This document shows, piece by piece, positions 22,768 through 33,789 of a stretch of DNA of 64,000 bases. The stretch is from Podarcis bocagei (lineage: Eukaryota): the NCBI GenBank assembly GCA_964188305.1, contig OZ076901.1; one strand, 5' to 3'. How positions within the stretch are numbered: the first letter of the stretch is position 1; every line of letters begins with the position of its first letter. The translations under genes and the position numbers were made by a program. The notes under the pieces are model-generated. The model made no database searches. It was not told the DNA's origin and was given only the letters and a program-made list of their open reading frames with translations.

Positions 22768-23983
22768 CTGTAAGAGAAGAGAGAGACTTTCAGCTCATTA
22801 ACCAACCTTGTGTTCGGGCTCATGCTGGCCAGGTAGGGACTAAAGTCGCCTACACCACTTTCTCACCGATGGAATTCCATAAAAGACTGTTTATCATATT
22901 TCAATGTATGTTCCTGTCTGAGCCTCTAGCTGCTGGTTTTTTCCTCTCAGCTTATCTTGGCAAGGAATATTAGGGCCCTGCCCTCCCTTTGCAAAGGGAA
23001 GGAGGCTGGGCAGCGGCAGGTGGCTCCCTCATACCTGTGCTCTGTTCTCAGGAACCTACTAGCTCTCAGGCATAAATATGAAGCACCTTGTCCTGTGACT
23101 CTGAGCCTGTGACACAAAGCTCGTACCATCTATCTAAAATCAGTATAGATAAGAAGTTTCCGTGGGGGAAGGAAAAGCTTGTTTATGTATTTATTTTTAT
23201 TTTCTAATATTTATTCCCTGCTTGATTGCAAAAAAACCCCCCAAAACCAACCCCTCAAAGCTGTTTACAAAAAGATAAACCCAATTTTTAAAAAAATCAC
23301 AACCACTGTTGTGTTTGGCTATGATTAAAGTCTCACACAGACCCTATGGCCAGGAACACCTTTGTATGGCAGGCTGAGGACTGGGAAAAGGTTCTATAAA
23401 GGGGAGGTTCAGGGAATTCCATAAGCAAGATGGCCAGAGGAGGAGTGTACTTGAGTGTGGAAGAGCCTAAATGTCTGATTGAGGCAGAGGAAATAAGAAG
23501 GGGATAATGAGGCAAAGTGCAGTGGACAGGCTGCATGCTATGTCTGCTGTCACTAGAGGATTGAACTGGCAACCCTAAGGAGGCAAGGAGGATCAAGAAG
23601 TAGCAGCTAGAGGCAGGATGAGGAAACAAGTACTGAATTTCCCATATCAATTTCAACTAGCCAGATATTTAGTTGCAGGATCCCATTTCAAACATTGGAC
23701 TTATTTCAAGCGGTTTCATTAAAGCACATCGGGCATGACCCTGAAAAAGTTTCTTGGGATGCTCCTCTCAATATGGGGGACGAGAATTGGAAAACTACCT
23801 TTCAAGGCTCTTGAAAGGGTTACCAAGATATTGCAGAGCACTTTGTGTGGTTTAGATGCAATGAAAGGCACTGATCCTTCTTTGCAACTAGAGGAGCAGT
23901 TTCCTTCCAGCTGAGGGTACCTTTCTGCTCTGGTGCTCAGTGCTGCCCCCTCCCTCCAGGCCCAGAACTTGCCCTTCTCTAAC

Positions 23984-24173
23984 CTATTTCCTCTTTGCAA
24001 TTCTCTATTTCCAGCTGCAGAGTCTCCTCTATGTTTTCTTTCAAACATTGCTCAGCTTGAATCTGCTCTTTCAGGAACAAAATCTCCGCCTTCAGCTTTT
24101 CCTCCAGGTGGTCTGCTGCTGTCCGCACACTAATGATGTCTTCCCGATATTTGAGGACCAGGTCGCGGAGTTC
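23984..24173 (-). CDS. RABEP1: RABEP1 exon 14 (ELRDLVLKYREDII...LEIENCKEEI)
   Basis: Acceptor tttcag, donor GTTAGA; 190 nt. Confidence 0.96.
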
Positions 24174-24879
24174 CTGAAAGGAAGGTTGACACAGTTCTAG
24201 AACAAAGCACTCTCTCTTTCCCATGCCCAGACACAGCCCTAACATAACAAAATATTTACCACCCTGCCCCCTGTAGAAACCGGTTTTAAAATTAGCAGAA
24301 GAGGGAAGTATACACTAAAGAGAGAAACCAACATTAGATTCCCCTCCCAAAAAAGCTGTGTGTCCAAATGCTAGATAATCTCTTTCTGAAAGTCAGCTGG
24401 GGGGTGGTGGCAGGGTGAGGAAGAAATGTTGAGGAAATAGAGATCCACACTGAGGAACATCTGACACCAAGGTCCCATGGCCTAAAGGCACCAGAGCAGA
24501 GTCCTCAAGCAGAGAATGATGTCTCAGCAAAGAGGCACCTGTGTGAGATTCCTAGAGTACAACTGGAAAATGCATACTAGTGAGGAGAGAGCAAGGATCA
24601 AGCATGATATTCAGTAGAGAGATGTCACATTTTCTAGGAAATCATCTTATTTCTTTTCACCCTGTAGAGTCAGGGGATGGAACTGATGGGGAAAGGTGGT
24701 ATGGCCAATTAATCAGGTATGGCCAATTAGACTTGGGCTCACCTCTAGGGGATGAAACTTGGGACATGTTGTATCTGACAGAGAGAAAGAGATGGATCAT
24801 TGGCACCTTTCAGCAACCCAGGAAGGAGGAAGTGAAAAGGTGAGAATCTAGAGACAGAGATGTCAAACCCACTCCTGGT

Positions 24880-25266
24880 CAGTGTTAGAAATAGAGATAT
24901 GAAAACTAGGAGCTAAATGGCACCTTAAACCCAGGTTATGGACACAACAATGGAATGTCTAGGCACACTTTTTGTAACAAGAATACAAAGCTGAAAATGA
25001 ATGAACTGCAAGTAAAATATTATGTTCATTTTTCACATGGTCTAGTCCTTCCCTTGCCCACCCCCCTAACATTCTTAAGAGGGTCTCTTATCCAGTCTTA
25101 AGAGAGTAGCTGGAGGTGGGGAGGCAGAAAAAGGTCCTCCTTCCACTCTGCAGTTTTAATCTGAAATCTTAGGCACAGTACTGCGCCCAGAGTTCAGAAA
25201 CTGCTCATGCTAATGAAACCGCCTGTCACAAAATGGCGCCTACAATTATGGGAGTTTCGAACACTG
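24880..25266. mobile_element. hAT non-autonomous element, copy A
   Basis: TIRs CAGTGTTAGAA / TTCGAACACTG; perfect 8-bp TSD CTCCTGGT (24872-24879 and 25267-25274). Confidence 0.85.
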
Positions 25267-25635
25267 CTCCTGGTAGACAGAACCATCAAGGGAGGAATTC
25301 TAGCCTGAATGCATGGAGGATTTTGGAAATGTGACAGGCAGGTTGCTATGCAATGGGGTTAGGCCATTGTCCCAGGTACACTGGACTTTTAAAGGAACAG
25401 GCATTTATTTCATTGTCGCACTTGTGCGCACAGCAAGCTCATTTGTGCATGTGCCCAGAAGTTAAGGTCAACAGGTACTAACCTAACCTCTCACTGGGGC
25501 AGAAGTGAGAATCCTTGTGTTTGTGTGGACACAGAGGCACCTGAAACTAACTTGTACATCTTTACTCAACTATCTCCCTGAGCTTTTCATGTTGAGAATA
25601 ACTTCCAGTCAATCACCACAAACGTATTCTCCTAC

Positions 25636-25776
25636 CTCTCCAGATTCTGGCAGGATAAAGTCTTCTGCCTGCTGCAAAGAGACATGCAGGCAATGTTTTC
25701 CTTGAAGGCTTTCATTGTCTTTCTGGAGTCTCAACAACTCCTCCGAGACATGTTCCCTCGACTGCGTCAGGACAGC
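25636..25776 (-). CDS. RABEP1: RABEP1 exon 13 (AVLTQSREHVSEELLRLQKDNESLQGKH...FILPESGE)
   Basis: Unusual acceptor ccggag, donor GTAGGA; 141 nt. Confidence 0.92.
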
Positions 25777-26777
25777 CTCCGGTGGGAAAAACACACACAA
25801 ATATTTCAAAGTCACGGTTTCAAAATCAATGAAGTTGCATCTCCAACATTTTCTAAGCTCACAGAAGGTAAAACACTACCTCTCTGTGTGTCAACACCTA
25901 CCCCAGATTGGAAACAGGAAGTGATTTTAGATCATTTAGGAATCAGTGGGAATTAAACTGCTGCAGAAAAACACCTTACAGCTAACCAACCAAAGATCAA
26001 TTGCATCATGGTTTCTCATTCCAACGAGCAGCATATTACCAGAAGCAGTAAAGGATAAATGTGTCTTTTTTTGTCCGCAAGGGTGCCCTTGCTCCATTGC
26101 AAGGTCAGAGTTCTCAATTACCTCAAAGAGCTTTAATAGCCTTAGAAAAGTTTAACGTTGAAAGTAAAATCGATTGCAGCAGACACAAGTGAACAATAAT
26201 TCATACCGACATGATTCCGAAGGTAAACAGACAAAAAGGAATCTTGTTACATGAAGTGAAAAGAAAAACACCCAGTACTAGGATGACAACAACTGTTCTA
26301 CTGCTCAGAACTGAGTGTGCAAATAAGCACGCATTTGCTTATTCAGCCTTCATCAGTAAAACAATTTCATGGTGGGTAACATTATGAAGAAATATCTACA
26401 CTGCCAGTCAAGAAAAGGTATTACAAAATCTAAAATCAGAATCTGCACTTACATATGAAAAAGAAGGAAGTTAAAGGCAAAAACCAGTTTATGATAGGCA
26501 TATTTTGTGCCTGTCTCCTGAATGGAAGACTGACCTACTGGTCAGGATATGGGCAAACACTTCTAGCCTAGTGTCCATTCCTATCACTGTGAAGTTTCTG
26601 GGACAGAGCCAGCAACAAACGACACTAGGAAGACACTTTGGGCTCATAGATACCTGAATCCCACCTGTATAATCCCTAATCCACTTTTCCCACTGTTCTA
26701 GTGTTCAGATAGAGTGGGTTTAAAAGCCATGGAAGCAATACAGGCCGTAGCTGGATAAGAATAAGCTACCCCAGGAC

Positions 26778-26967
26778 CCTGATGTTGGGAAAGATGGAGG
26801 GCACAAGGAGAAGGGGATGTCGGGGGACGAGATGGTTGGATAGTGTTCTTGAAGCTACCAGCATGAGTTTGACCAAACTGCGGGAGGCAGTGGAAGACAG
26901 AAGTGCCTGGCGTGCTCTGGTCCAGGGGGTCACAAAGAGTCGGACACGACTAAACGACTAAACAACA
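26778..26967 (+). mobile_element. BovB (RTE) LINE 3' fragment
   Basis: CCTGATGTTGGGAAAGATGGAGGGCACAAGGAGAAGGGG...GGGGTCACAAAGAGTCGGACACGACTAAACGACTAAACAACAA; TSD ACCCCAGGAC at 26768-26777 and 26968-26977. Confidence 0.88.
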
Positions 26968-27094
26968 ACCCCAGGACAAGATGGAAGACATAAAACCTCT
27001 GCCATCAACCGTCCCCAAGAGATTTTAGGTTGAGCGTTTACCGCCTTCTGATAAGACAGCCTTTCTGGCCTTTACACTGCAGGCAGAATTCATC

Positions 27095-27297
27095 ATTATT
27101 TTATTATTTTTTTAATGCATTTGTACCTCACCTTTTTTTCTCCAAGCAGCTGAAGGTAGCGCACATGGTTCTCTCCCCCCCCACCCCATTGCATTTAATC
27201 CCCAAAACAACCCTGTAGGGTAGGTTAGTCTGAGAGGCTGTGACTCATGTGGGGACTGAACCCTAGTCTCCCAGCACTCTAACCACCACACCATGCT
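27095..27297 (-). mobile_element. Squam3-like SINE
   Basis: Reverse-complement head ctagcatggtgtggtggttagagtgctggga; body matches 5651-5875. Confidence 0.7.
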
Positions 27298-27762
27298 AGT
27301 AGCTCTGTTGGATTCCTCTGCATCTCTCAGGACATGGTCAACTGAGATATCCCTACTCCTCTTATTGCTGCAGTGTCCTCAGTGCCCCCTTCCCCTGCCT
27401 TCCTTAATATTCCTTAGAAAGTGGCCATCTTGATGGGTTCCCCACCACCATGTGCATATCTGGGCTCCTCCAACAGCTGGATAAGCAGAGAGAACAAGGA
27501 AACAGATGCACACCTAGCTTTGCTGTCAGGAGTCAGCCAGGTACAATCTCCTTATTCCTCTCTCTCTATATATACATAATGTAGGTGAGGATGGACAGCA
27601 CTCAAGTTTGTTAACTGCCTGGCATCAACCATTCTTTGCCTTGGAAGGGCAGGCAAGTGGATAATTACAAGGCTGTCATTTGGAGTAAAAAGCCATACAG
27701 TGACATTATTTACTTATTCAAAACCCCAAGATTATTAAAAAAAAAGGCTGTGTTTCTTTTAC

Positions 27763-27861
27763 CATTTGGTCCTGGACATCTCTCCTGGCTTGAGAAAATG
27801 CCTGTTGCAGTTCGCTAAGCAGGGCCTCGGACTCCTGAACTCTAACAATAAGCGAGGAGAT
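27763..27861 (-). CDS. RABEP1: RABEP1 exon 12 (ISSLIVRVQESEALLSELQQAFSQARRDVQDQM)
   Basis: Acceptor taacag, donor GTAAAA; 99 nt. Not in the ORF track. Confidence 0.94.
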
Positions 27862-28694
27862 CTGTTAAAGGGGAGGAAAGAAAGAAGACCTTATCAACCA
27901 ACACAAATATAACACAAAAAGGAAGCGCTATACAAAGTTTTCAGTAGATGGTATGTTGCCCCTTGCAATGTTTCAGTCAGTATGTTCAAACTAAATTCAG
28001 TATTGTTGAAAGGGCCACGGACAGATTGGTGGGGATGTCTATTAGTGCAGGAGTTTCTGGTACATGGTCTCTTATATAGCATGCAACTGAAGTCACCGAA
28101 GCAGCTTTCTCAACAGCAGTTGGTAAAATTTGGGAGGCCATGATTACATACATTCCATTTGTCTTCTATTTTCTAGGTGGAAGTTCTTCAAGCTTCTGAT
28201 CACATGTCATTCAAGCATAGATGCATTTGATTCTTTAATTTCTATACTGCTTAAAATATTTTTTAAAATCTCTCTGATCAGTGTACAGATAACTGAAACA
28301 ACAACAGACAACTTAAAACAAAATATTACAAAATTGCAGAGTGACGTATAAAAATGTGATACAAAGTTACTGGTACATGTAATACAAGTTAATACAGAGT
28401 TACTCGTATATGTAAATCAATATCTTTTCATTTTCCTTCTGACACACCCTCTCAGCCTCTGGATTCTCACCCAGGGGCAAAACCAACTCTCAGCTCACCT
28501 GCAAAAGTTTCACAATGAGAAGAGCTCCTGGAAACAGCAAACATCCTAGCCTCTAACTCTAGACTTGCTTTTTATGGGCAGGCCCAAGGTGGATGGTACT
28601 TCCTCAGGCTGCGCACATATATTTTTCCAGCTATGATCTGGCTATGTAACTTGCACACATCTAAACTTCTCCTTAGGCTATAAAAGCGGCAAAT

Positions 28695-28890
28695 GAGTCT
28701 TGTGGCCCCTTGAAGATTAAAGGTGATATTCAACTAAGTAACCCCTTTGAAATTAATGGACCTAATTTAAGTCATGTTCATTAATCTCAATGGGTCTGTT
28801 CTGTGTAAAACTTAGCTGAATACCACCCCTACAAATTTATTATGGCATAAGGTTTCATGGACTACAGCCTATTTCATCAGAAGGATGCAA
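28695..28890. mobile_element. Penelope-like fragment interrupted by a palindromic MITE (28721-28828)
   Basis: gagtcttgtggcccc ttgaagattaa | 19-nt-TIR element | ctacaaatttattatggcataaggtttcatggactacagcc. The flanks rejoin into the reptile Penelope-type motif. Confidence 0.6.
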
Positions 28891-29455
28891 TGTTATCCAG
28901 AGTTATATACATGGTGATGGTGATTTTATTGTTTCTGCCGAAACACAACAACATTGAGAAGTCTGGAAATCCTTTGCTTGTTTTACTCTAATGGTCCCCA
29001 GAAGCTTGCCTGTGATACTCTGTAATTAGAGGGTTTCCTTTTCCCCTTAACTATGATATTGTTTTATCGTGCAGTCTTCCTTTTCTCTTGTCTATCTATA
29101 TTTTTAAAACTTATACCAAACCAAATTTCCATGGTTGGTTGGTTGTTTTATATCACTGCCATTAAGGGAAGCTGTTTACATAGGGAAATCACACTTATGG
29201 GGTTAATCTAGGGCTGGAATAGAAGCATCAGCTTTTCTTGGTTGATTTATTCTCCCAAATCTCACACTGGGTAGGTATTAAGCTGGCTCTAAGTGCTTGA
29301 CCTTTGAGAGTATAGGGTTAGATGAGGAGAGGCCACTTCTTTCCTCTTCCCTCCTCATATCTTTTTTTATTTTGTGCTGTGTCTTTTTAGACAGCAAACC
29401 TATGAGCAAGGACTGTTTTGTCTTAAATAATTGTATGTATGCTGCTCTGAGTTTA

Positions 29456-29822
29456 AAAGGTAAAGGTAAAGGTACCCCTGCCCGTACGGACCAGTCTTGA
29501 CAGACTCTAGGGTTGTGCGCTCATCTCACTCTAGAGGCCGTGAGCTGGTGCTGTCCGAAGACACTTCCGGGTCATGTGGCCAGCGTGACGAAGCTGCTCT
29601 GGCGAACCGGCACCAGAGCAGCACACGGAACGCCGTTTACCTTCCCGCCATAAAGCGGTACCTATTTATCTACTTGCACTTAAGGGTGCTTTCAAACTGC
29701 TAGGTGGGCAGGAGCAGGGACCGAGCAACGGGAGCTCACCCCGCCGCGGGGATTCAAACCACTGACCATGCGATCGGCAAGTCCTAGGCGCTGAGGTTTT
29801 ACCCACAGCGCCACCCACGTCC
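29456..29822 (-). mobile_element. Sauria SINE, full length
   Basis: (ACCTTT)n tail and B box on the minus strand; TSD CTCTGAG(T/C)TTA at 29445-29455 and 29823-29833. Confidence 0.9.
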
Positions 29823-29917
29823 CTCTGAGCTTACATAGCAATTAATAGCAACTGAAAATAAACAAAAGCTCTTCAATACCAGTAAATTTTTTTAAAAAAC
29901 AGTAGTAGTTGCCAATC

Positions 29918-29918
<1 letters not shown>

Positions 29919-29988
<70 letters not shown>
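29919..29988. repeat. Compound microsatellite (TC)18(AC)17
   Basis: Read directly from the sequence. Confidence 0.97.
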
Positions 29989-29990
<2 letters not shown>

Positions 29991-30130
29991 AAAACAGTTC
30001 TGCTAAAAGCTCAAACTGTTCTTCCAGGGAACTCTGGGGTTTTACAATGAAAAAGGTTCAGGCCTAGGATACCCTTCTGCAGACTGCTGGTCTTCCTTTA
30101 GGATTTTGCTTCTCTCCAGGTTTTCTGTAC

Positions 30131-30247
30131 CTGATTTCCTGAATCTTCAGTGCTTTGTTTCATGTACTCCTCCAGCTCCTGTTTCTCTCGCATGGTTTTT
30201 TCGAGTTGGTCATTGGCCTGCCTCAACATCACCTGAAGCTTCTTCAC
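30131..30247 (-). CDS. RABEP1: RABEP1 exon 11 (VKKLQVMLRQANDQLEKTMREKQELEEYMKQSTEDSGNQ)
   Basis: Acceptor acatag, donor GTACAG; 117 nt. Confidence 0.95.
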
Positions 30248-30327
30248 CTATGTGGTTAGAACAAGAGCACACCATAAATTACCTTTCTTCTAAAAGGGGG
30301 TGGGGTGAGGACAACTGTCCAACAACA

Positions 30328-30473
30328 GTATCATAGAATTGTAGAGTTGTAAGGAGCCACGAGGGTCATCTAGTCCAACCCCTGCAATGCAGGAATCTTT
30401 TGCCCAACATGGGGCTCAAACCCACAACCCGCCGAGTAAGAGTCTCATGCTCTACCAACTGATCTATCCCAGT
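30328..30473 (-). mobile_element. SINE: tRNA-Lys(CTT)-like head + CR1-type tail
   Basis: Reverse complement: CTGGGATAGATCAGTTGGTAGAGCATGAGACTCTTA...GGGTTGTGGGTTTGAGCCCCATGTTGGGCAAAAGATTCCTGCATTGCAGGGGTTGGACTAGATG... Confidence 0.8.
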
Positions 30474-30964
30474 TCACTGACCTCATGTTCTCTAGATGCT
30501 CTGAACTTACAACTGCCTTGGCCGATGAGAGTTGTAGTTCGAAGCATCTGGAGGGGTTAAGACAGCCGTAGACAGACTAAAAACACACACCATGAATTAA
30601 TGTGGCTTGATGAGAGAGTGGCTGTGACCAAAGGCCTCCCTGTATAAGATGCAACCTTTTCCAACACTGCAGCAACTGATTCATTGCACAGAATTCTAAA
30701 TTCTTTTCCTAACTGTAATAAAAATGTTGTACAACTTGCCTTTTCTTCTCTGCAAAAAAAATCAAAAGCTTTCTGTAAAGACTGCAAAAATCAAGTATGC
30801 CAAGTTTTCTAGATGTAGGTGTAGCTATGCACAAAAAAAGCTGAAGTGTAACATATTTTAAATGTGAAGAAGAGTTTGAACTTTTGGACACGAGAGACTC
30901 TGAAAGATCTGGTAGCAGTTAATCTGTCTGTCAGAGGGGCTTGTCTACATGATCAATGACCCAA

Positions 30965-31064
30965 GGGCAGCCTTCTCCAACCTGGTGCCCTCCAGATGGG
31001 TTGGGCTGATGGCAGTTGCAGTCCAAAACATCTGGAGGGCACCAGGTTGGCAAAAAGGCTGCCC
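30965..31064. mobile_element. Short hairpin MITE (CCCTCCAGATG...CATCTGGAGGG family, hAT-like)
   Basis: Near-perfect inverted repeat. Further copies at about 30480-30556, 32348-32465, 36903-37008, 39553-39681, 43580-43670, 46637-46770 and 54025-54135. Confidence 0.75.
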
Positions 31065-32818
31065 TGGGTTAACAACCCCCAAACTCTTTTCAACCTCCAA
31101 TTTTAACTCAAGGGGTGAATCAGAGGCTGAAGTGAGTTGAAAGAGAGGAAAGGAGCCCCTGCACAAACTCAGGGGCTCTTGACTCACCTCTCATGCAAAC
31201 AATAGCAGAGTTGTTATCACTGATGTGCAGAGGTAGGTGGAGTGCAGAGTTCCCTGCAGCCACAAGTGACCTGCGAATTAATTATACGAGAAAGTGAGTG
31301 CTGCATTGTGACTGGGTGCACTGTAGACCTCCTTGATCACGTGGAGAAGGGATCCCTGCATTGAAGGGGGTTGAAGTAGTTGATCCAATGGGTCCCTTAC
31401 AACTCTACGATTGTCAATCCAGGAAACCATCCCCGAGTCAACAAACTCTAAAACTCAACCTCAGGTAACCCTGATCTTGCAAACAAGCCCCTGGTCTCTA
31501 CATCAGAGATTGGGAACCTACAGCTATTATAGAATTCCAAGTGGACTCCAGTTCCCAACGGACCCAGCCAATAGGGCCAGTGCTGCTTCTAAAGCCCAAT
31601 AACACCGGAGGGTTGGTTGCAGGCTCCCCACCTCTAGAAATGTGAATCTCAGAAGAATATTGACTGAAAGTACAGGTTGAGTCATGCTTCATTTGTGAGT
31701 TGCCTAACCCTAAACCATCCAAACTTTATGTTCTGCACAAACAGTAAAGAGGTTTTTATTACAACTGCTTTGACACTGGTAACACTTGCAATAGGAAGGA
31801 AGATTCCCTTTCCTCCACCACCCTGGTGTGTGTTGCAACTCTGCCAAAATAGTAAAACTGATGGCGCTTATGCACAGAAGGGAAGGGGCAAGACAACTCT
31901 ATGTGAGACATTTTAATAATAAAGTAATACAGTACAGACGTTCTTGTTCTGCAACACATTTTTAGCAGGGGCAGTCTTTGAACTGCACAAGGCCCAAAGG
32001 CCACAACACTCACTCCACCCACCAGATCACACCTGCCTGAGCCCAGATGCAGCCAAAGGCCTCCTTTACCCTCCTCTCCCTGCTATGAGTAGCAACAGAA
32101 GATTCAGAAGCCTGGTGCACGTCAGCTGCTCATTCTCATTTGCCAGTTCTTGACTTGTGCATGGGAATCAGCAGCTGAGATGCAGAACAGGAAGAGCTCC
32201 ACAGCTTTGTGGCTACCACAGAAGAGAAGGTGGTTAGACCTTATCAGATGGGCAATATGCAGGGAGCAGAGGTCCCAGGTGTTGGGGACTCAGCTGGGTC
32301 TAGACCGAGCCTTTGAGAAACCAGCTGCCTCCTGTTTTAATTTAGTACAGCGTCCCCCAACCTGGTGCCCTCCAGATGTTTTGAACTACAACACCCATCG
32401 GCCCCAGCCACCACAGCCATGCTGACTAGGGCCCATACTGAACCTCTGGAGTACAGCAGGTTGGTTTAGTGGATGGGCGGGTTCAGACTCAGATAAAGAT
32501 GCATCTATTGATTCCCGCCTTTCAGATAAGAAACCACAACTCAAGAAACACTCATGATCCAAGAGATATACTGGTCACATCTTGAACTGAGACTCAAAGG
32601 TCAGTTTGTGAGATATTTCGAATGTCCAGTGATAATGGCAATCTTATCAGATCTTTCCAGGAGGGAGGATTCTAAGTTTTTAACCTGAAGGTTGAATAAG
32701 GAAATAGATCAACACAGGTGGGGTTTTTCCCTTAAAATGCCAATTGAAGAGAAATGCTGATCATGTGCTCTGCTGACTTAGCTAGGGAGTTGTTAATGTA
32801 TATATTTTTACTGTTTTG

Positions 32819-32917
32819 TTTTTTTAAAAAAAAAATATTTATTAAAGGTTTTAAACAATACATCACCAAACACATAAAACACCATCACCAACATAGAAAA
32901 AAAAAGGTAAACACCTT
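32819..32917 (-). mobile_element. Short polyadenylated retroposed insertion with 18-bp TSD
   Basis: TATATTTTTACTGTTTTG at 32801-32818 and 32918-32935. On the minus strand the insert ends AATAAA...A-run. Confidence 0.7.
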
Positions 32918-33460
32918 TATATTTTTACTGTTTTGAGGGGGGTGGGAACCAGATACAACAAAGGAAGAAAATTCTTACAAAAAGAACACCAAGCTTGCAA
33001 GTAAACTCACAAGTAAAAAACACACACCACATAACCCATTGAGCTTCCTGTCCTTTCCCAAGCAATACATGTACACTAAAATGTCAGAGTAACACATTAC
33101 TACTGCAAAGGGATGTGGACGTGGCCCTCAAAAGAAAGTGGTTTCCTACCCTGAAAGCAAATTATACTTTACAAGAAAAGAAGCAATTCTGGGAGCCACA
33201 GAAACCCACCCTGCAAGTGTCAACATTTCTTCTCCTTTATACTGAAGTATAGTAACAGTTCTATGTGAAAATTTTACTTCTGTCTGGTGCTCCAGGAATC
33301 ATTTTATTTTCTCATTTCAAAGGTTGAAGGCTGGCCAGCTTCACTTCTGCCAATGTCCATGCAGCCGAGAGCTATGCTGCCCAGTAAGTACTCAGTGAAC
33401 TGGTAGCAACTTCTAAGCACCAAGACCCTTTTGCATGGAAGAAAGCAACATTGGACCCAC

Positions 33461-33565
33461 CTGATCCCTGGTTTCTGCCTCCTGGATCTGGATTCCTTGC
33501 AACTGTTTCTCATAATTGGAACACATATCGCAACGCCGGCCCAGCTTGTTCCCAGCGTTTTGCAC
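33461..33565 (-). CDS. RABEP1: RABEP1 exon 10 (VQNAGNKLGRRCDMCSNYEKQLQGIQIQEAETRDQ)
   Basis: Acceptor ctccag, donor GTGGGT; 105 nt. Confidence 0.96.
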
Positions 33566-33789
33566 CTGGAGAACATAAAAGTCATCATTTGCCATGGAAG
33601 CTGCAGAAACTCTGCAAAAACAATGCCAAAGTATCACAGAAGACTGCACTATGATGGCGGCTGCAGCAAGTGCTGGTGGAGGTTTAAGGATTCTGGGCAG
33701 GGCAGAGCAGTTTTTTGTACTTGGTGGATACACCATCCTCCACAGCAGCAATCTTCAGGAGGGAGGAAGATGGTGGATACAAAACTTAC

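Noticed and set aside
32070-32200. Coiled-coil-like peptide QELANENEQL on the minus strand in RABEP1 intron 10
   Set aside because: No acceptor/donor pair places it in phase 0, so it is probably chance.
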